Below are positions 62,218-64,000 of a DNA stretch of 64,000 bases, one piece after another. Each line of letters opens with the position of its first letter. Position 1 is the first letter of the stretch. The notes under the pieces are model-generated. The model was given only the letters and a program-made list of their open reading frames with translations. It had not been told where the DNA came from and made no database searches. Made by a program: the position numbers and the translations under genes. This DNA comes from Escherichia phage A221, in the sequence record ON862890.1; one strand, given 5' to 3'.

Positions 62218-64000
62218 ATGACTCAGAGCACAGATATCTTGACCAAATTTGGTAATCTTTTGAAGGAAGCCGACGCCCCGGTCGAGGTTGAAGTCCCATT
62301 TGAAGTGCGTAACGTTGTTACACACAAACTGACCTTCCGTAAAGGCCGCGCCAAGAACTTCCGCTCCATCGGCAATCAGTTCATGGAGATTGATTATCAG
62401 CGCAACCCGGCCACCCTTGTCACGTCTGATGACAACGGCGCGGGTAAATCCACGATGCTGGTATGGCTGCTGTTTTTCGTACTGTACAACGACACATACA
62501 GCAAGAAGGAGAAGAAGGCAGGCCTGGTTAACTCACAGAGCCGCAAGGAATGTGTGGGTGAGGTAGAGTTTGCCTGCCGTGGTAGCGAATGGAAGGTTCG
62601 CCGTGGCATTAAACCTGACTTTGTTGAAGTCTACCAGATGGTGGACGGCAAGTGGTTGCAGATCGATAACGAAGCAGCCAAAGCCGACATGAACAAGTAC
62701 ATCGTGAATCTCATCGGTGTAGACCAGAAGATGTTTGAGAACTCTCTGGTGCTGGGTAAAGAGAAGTTCATTCCGTTCACGGAGATGTACACAGCCGACC
62801 GCCGCGCGATGGTGGAGACTATCTGGGACTTGGGCTTCTTCAGCCTGATGAACGAAGATGTCAAGGCCGCCATCAAAAGGACAAATGCAACTCTGGACTC
62901 TATATCTAACGAATGCGCACTGAAGGTTGTTGACCACACCAACAAGAAGACGCAGCTTCAGCAGATCGAGCAATCCAACGCCCTGATCCAACAGCAGTCG
63001 GCCGATATCCTTGTACAGCAACAGGAAGCCCTGAATTCCTTGGATGCCGACATCGCCGCCCAGAATGAAGAGCGCACCCGCCTCACGGCTGTGGAGTTTG
63101 AAGCCACCCAGGAAATGAAGACGGTGGAAAGCCGCCTGCATGATGAATCCATGGTAGAGATCGAGGCTGTCAAGAAAGACTTTGATACCAAGATCCAGGC
63201 GGTGAAGGACGCCGCGCAGGACAAGGCTGACGATTATGAGCGCATCGAAGTGTCTACTGCGGAGCATGATCTTCAGGTCTTGCGTGACCGCGCCTTTACA
63301 GTGGCCGAACGCAAGAACACCCTGCTCACCGAGCGCAACACAAACCTGGACGCCCTGAACGCTGCTATCCAGCGCCGTCAACAGGGTGAGAACTTCCGTA
63401 TCAAGTTCCAGACCGAAATGGATGGCCACCAGTCGGCTATCAAGCGCTTCCACGACATGGGGACTTGCCCAACATGTACCCAACTGGTGTCCGACGATAC
63501 CAAGGCGCGTATTGAAAGCGAGTACAATCCTCAGATCCAGGAACTACAGTCGAAGTTAGATCAACTGGACAAAGTTACCGCCGATATCAATGTCCTGATC
63601 GATGATCACAAGGCTCAGGACGATAAGTTGGTTGCTGACATTGCTGTGTTGGACGCTGAACTGGACGCCATGCGCAAGCAGGCCGACGAAATCGTTGACA
63701 ATATCAAGCAGCTACGCCGTGATATTCAAGGGTTCCATGATGCTGCCACGATTGAGTGTAATTCGCTGAACCGTGAATGCCAACAGAAGATCCTTGACAT
63801 CCGTAAGGCACTGAACGTTCGTTTTGAAGACATCACTGCTTCACTGCAACAGACGCGAGAGAATGCCGTCAGCGGGATTAAAGCCGTCGATGATAAGATC
63901 GCCGAGCTGAAAGCCCGTCGTGCTCCTCTCGTGGCGTCTATTGCCGATCTGGAGCGTAAACTGGCTGTACAGCCAACACCTACCACCGACCTAGAGAACT
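62218..64000 (+). CDS. gp46: recombination ATPase subunit (T4 gp46-like, SbcC/Rad50), 3' partial
   Basis: Not in track (no stop inside window); hand translation from ATG 62218 gives MTQSTDILTKFGNLLKE... with Walker A SDDNGAGKSTML in the first 80 codons; start overlaps gp47 stop (TAACATG). Confidence 0.6.
   Translation, partial: MTQSTDILTKFGNLLKEADAPVEVEVPFEVRNVVTHKLTFRKGRAKNFRSIGNQFMEIDYQRNPATLVTSDDNGAGKSTMLVWLLFFVLYNDTYSKKEKKAGLVNSQSRKECVGEVEFACRGSEWKVRRGIKPDFVEVYQMVDGKWLQIDNEAAKADMNKYIVNLIGVDQKMFENSLVLGKEKFIPFTEMYTADRRAMVETIWDLGFFSLMNEDVKAAIKRTNATLDSISNECALKVVDHTNKKTQLQQIEQSNALIQQQSADILVQQQEALNSLDADIAAQNEERTRLTAVEFEATQEMKTVESRLHDESMVEIEAVKKDFDTKIQAVKDAAQDKADDYERIEVSTAEHDLQVLRDRAFTVAERKNTLLTERNTNLDALNAAIQRRQQGENFRIKFQTEMDGHQSAIKRFHDMGTCPTCTQLVSDDTKARIESEYNPQIQELQSKLDQLDKVTADINVLIDDHKAQDDKLVADIAVLDAELDAMRKQADEIVDNIKQLRRDIQGFHDAATIECNSLNRECQQKILDIRKALNVRFEDITASLQQTRENAVSGIKAVDDKIAELKARRAPLVASIADLERKLAVQPTPTTDLEN

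Noticed and set aside
61065-63483. Minus-strand ORFs of 301 and 316 aa
   Set aside because: Antisense to the gp47-like and gp46-like genes, which carry Mre11 and Walker A motifs in the plus frame
1-64000. tRNA or rRNA genes
   Set aside because: No cloverleaf-like GTTCRANNC-containing segments were found by eye in the intergenic regions; a tRNAscan-type search would be needed to exclude tRNAs

Overview
This 64 kb window reads as one contiguous stretch of a large T4-superfamily myovirus genome, about 50% GC, almost entirely plus-strand coding. From memory it is most consistent with an Ackermannviridae (Vi1-like) phage, because of the recurring CTAAATAcc late-promoter-like motif and the MANKPTQP-type tailspike N-terminus; this is not database-verified. 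Gene order: three tandem tailspike (depolymerase-like) genes, a 1612-aa virion protein, neck proteins (gp13/gp14/gp15-like), small and large terminase (the large subunit carries a 159-aa mini-intein in its Walker A loop), tail sheath, a Hef-like homing endonuclease on the minus strand, tail tube, portal, prohead protease, scaffold, major capsid protein, a second paralogous Hef-like endonuclease, a block of small accessory genes, UvsY-like / PD-(D/E)XK nuclease / UvsW, an AT-rich iteron-bearing intergenic region, sliding clamp and clamp loader (gp45/gp44/gp62), RegA, three large unassigned proteins, a second accessory block (vWA protein, Ser-less ACP-like protein, secreted proteins, lipoprotein, ParB-like nuclease, HNH endonuclease, HU-like protein), a DinG/XPD-like helicase, RNase HI, gp55-like late sigma factor, and gp47/gp46 (SbcD/SbcC-like; gp46 runs off the window). 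No CRISPR array, rRNA or tRNA was recognised by eye. All functional calls rest on motifs and remembered homologies, not searches. The supplied ORF track evidently uses TTG/GTG as starts, so many starts were moved to the first well-placed ATG. CDS coordinates are anchored to the ORF track; coordinates of promoters, hairpins and repeats were hand-counted and may be off by 1-2 nt.
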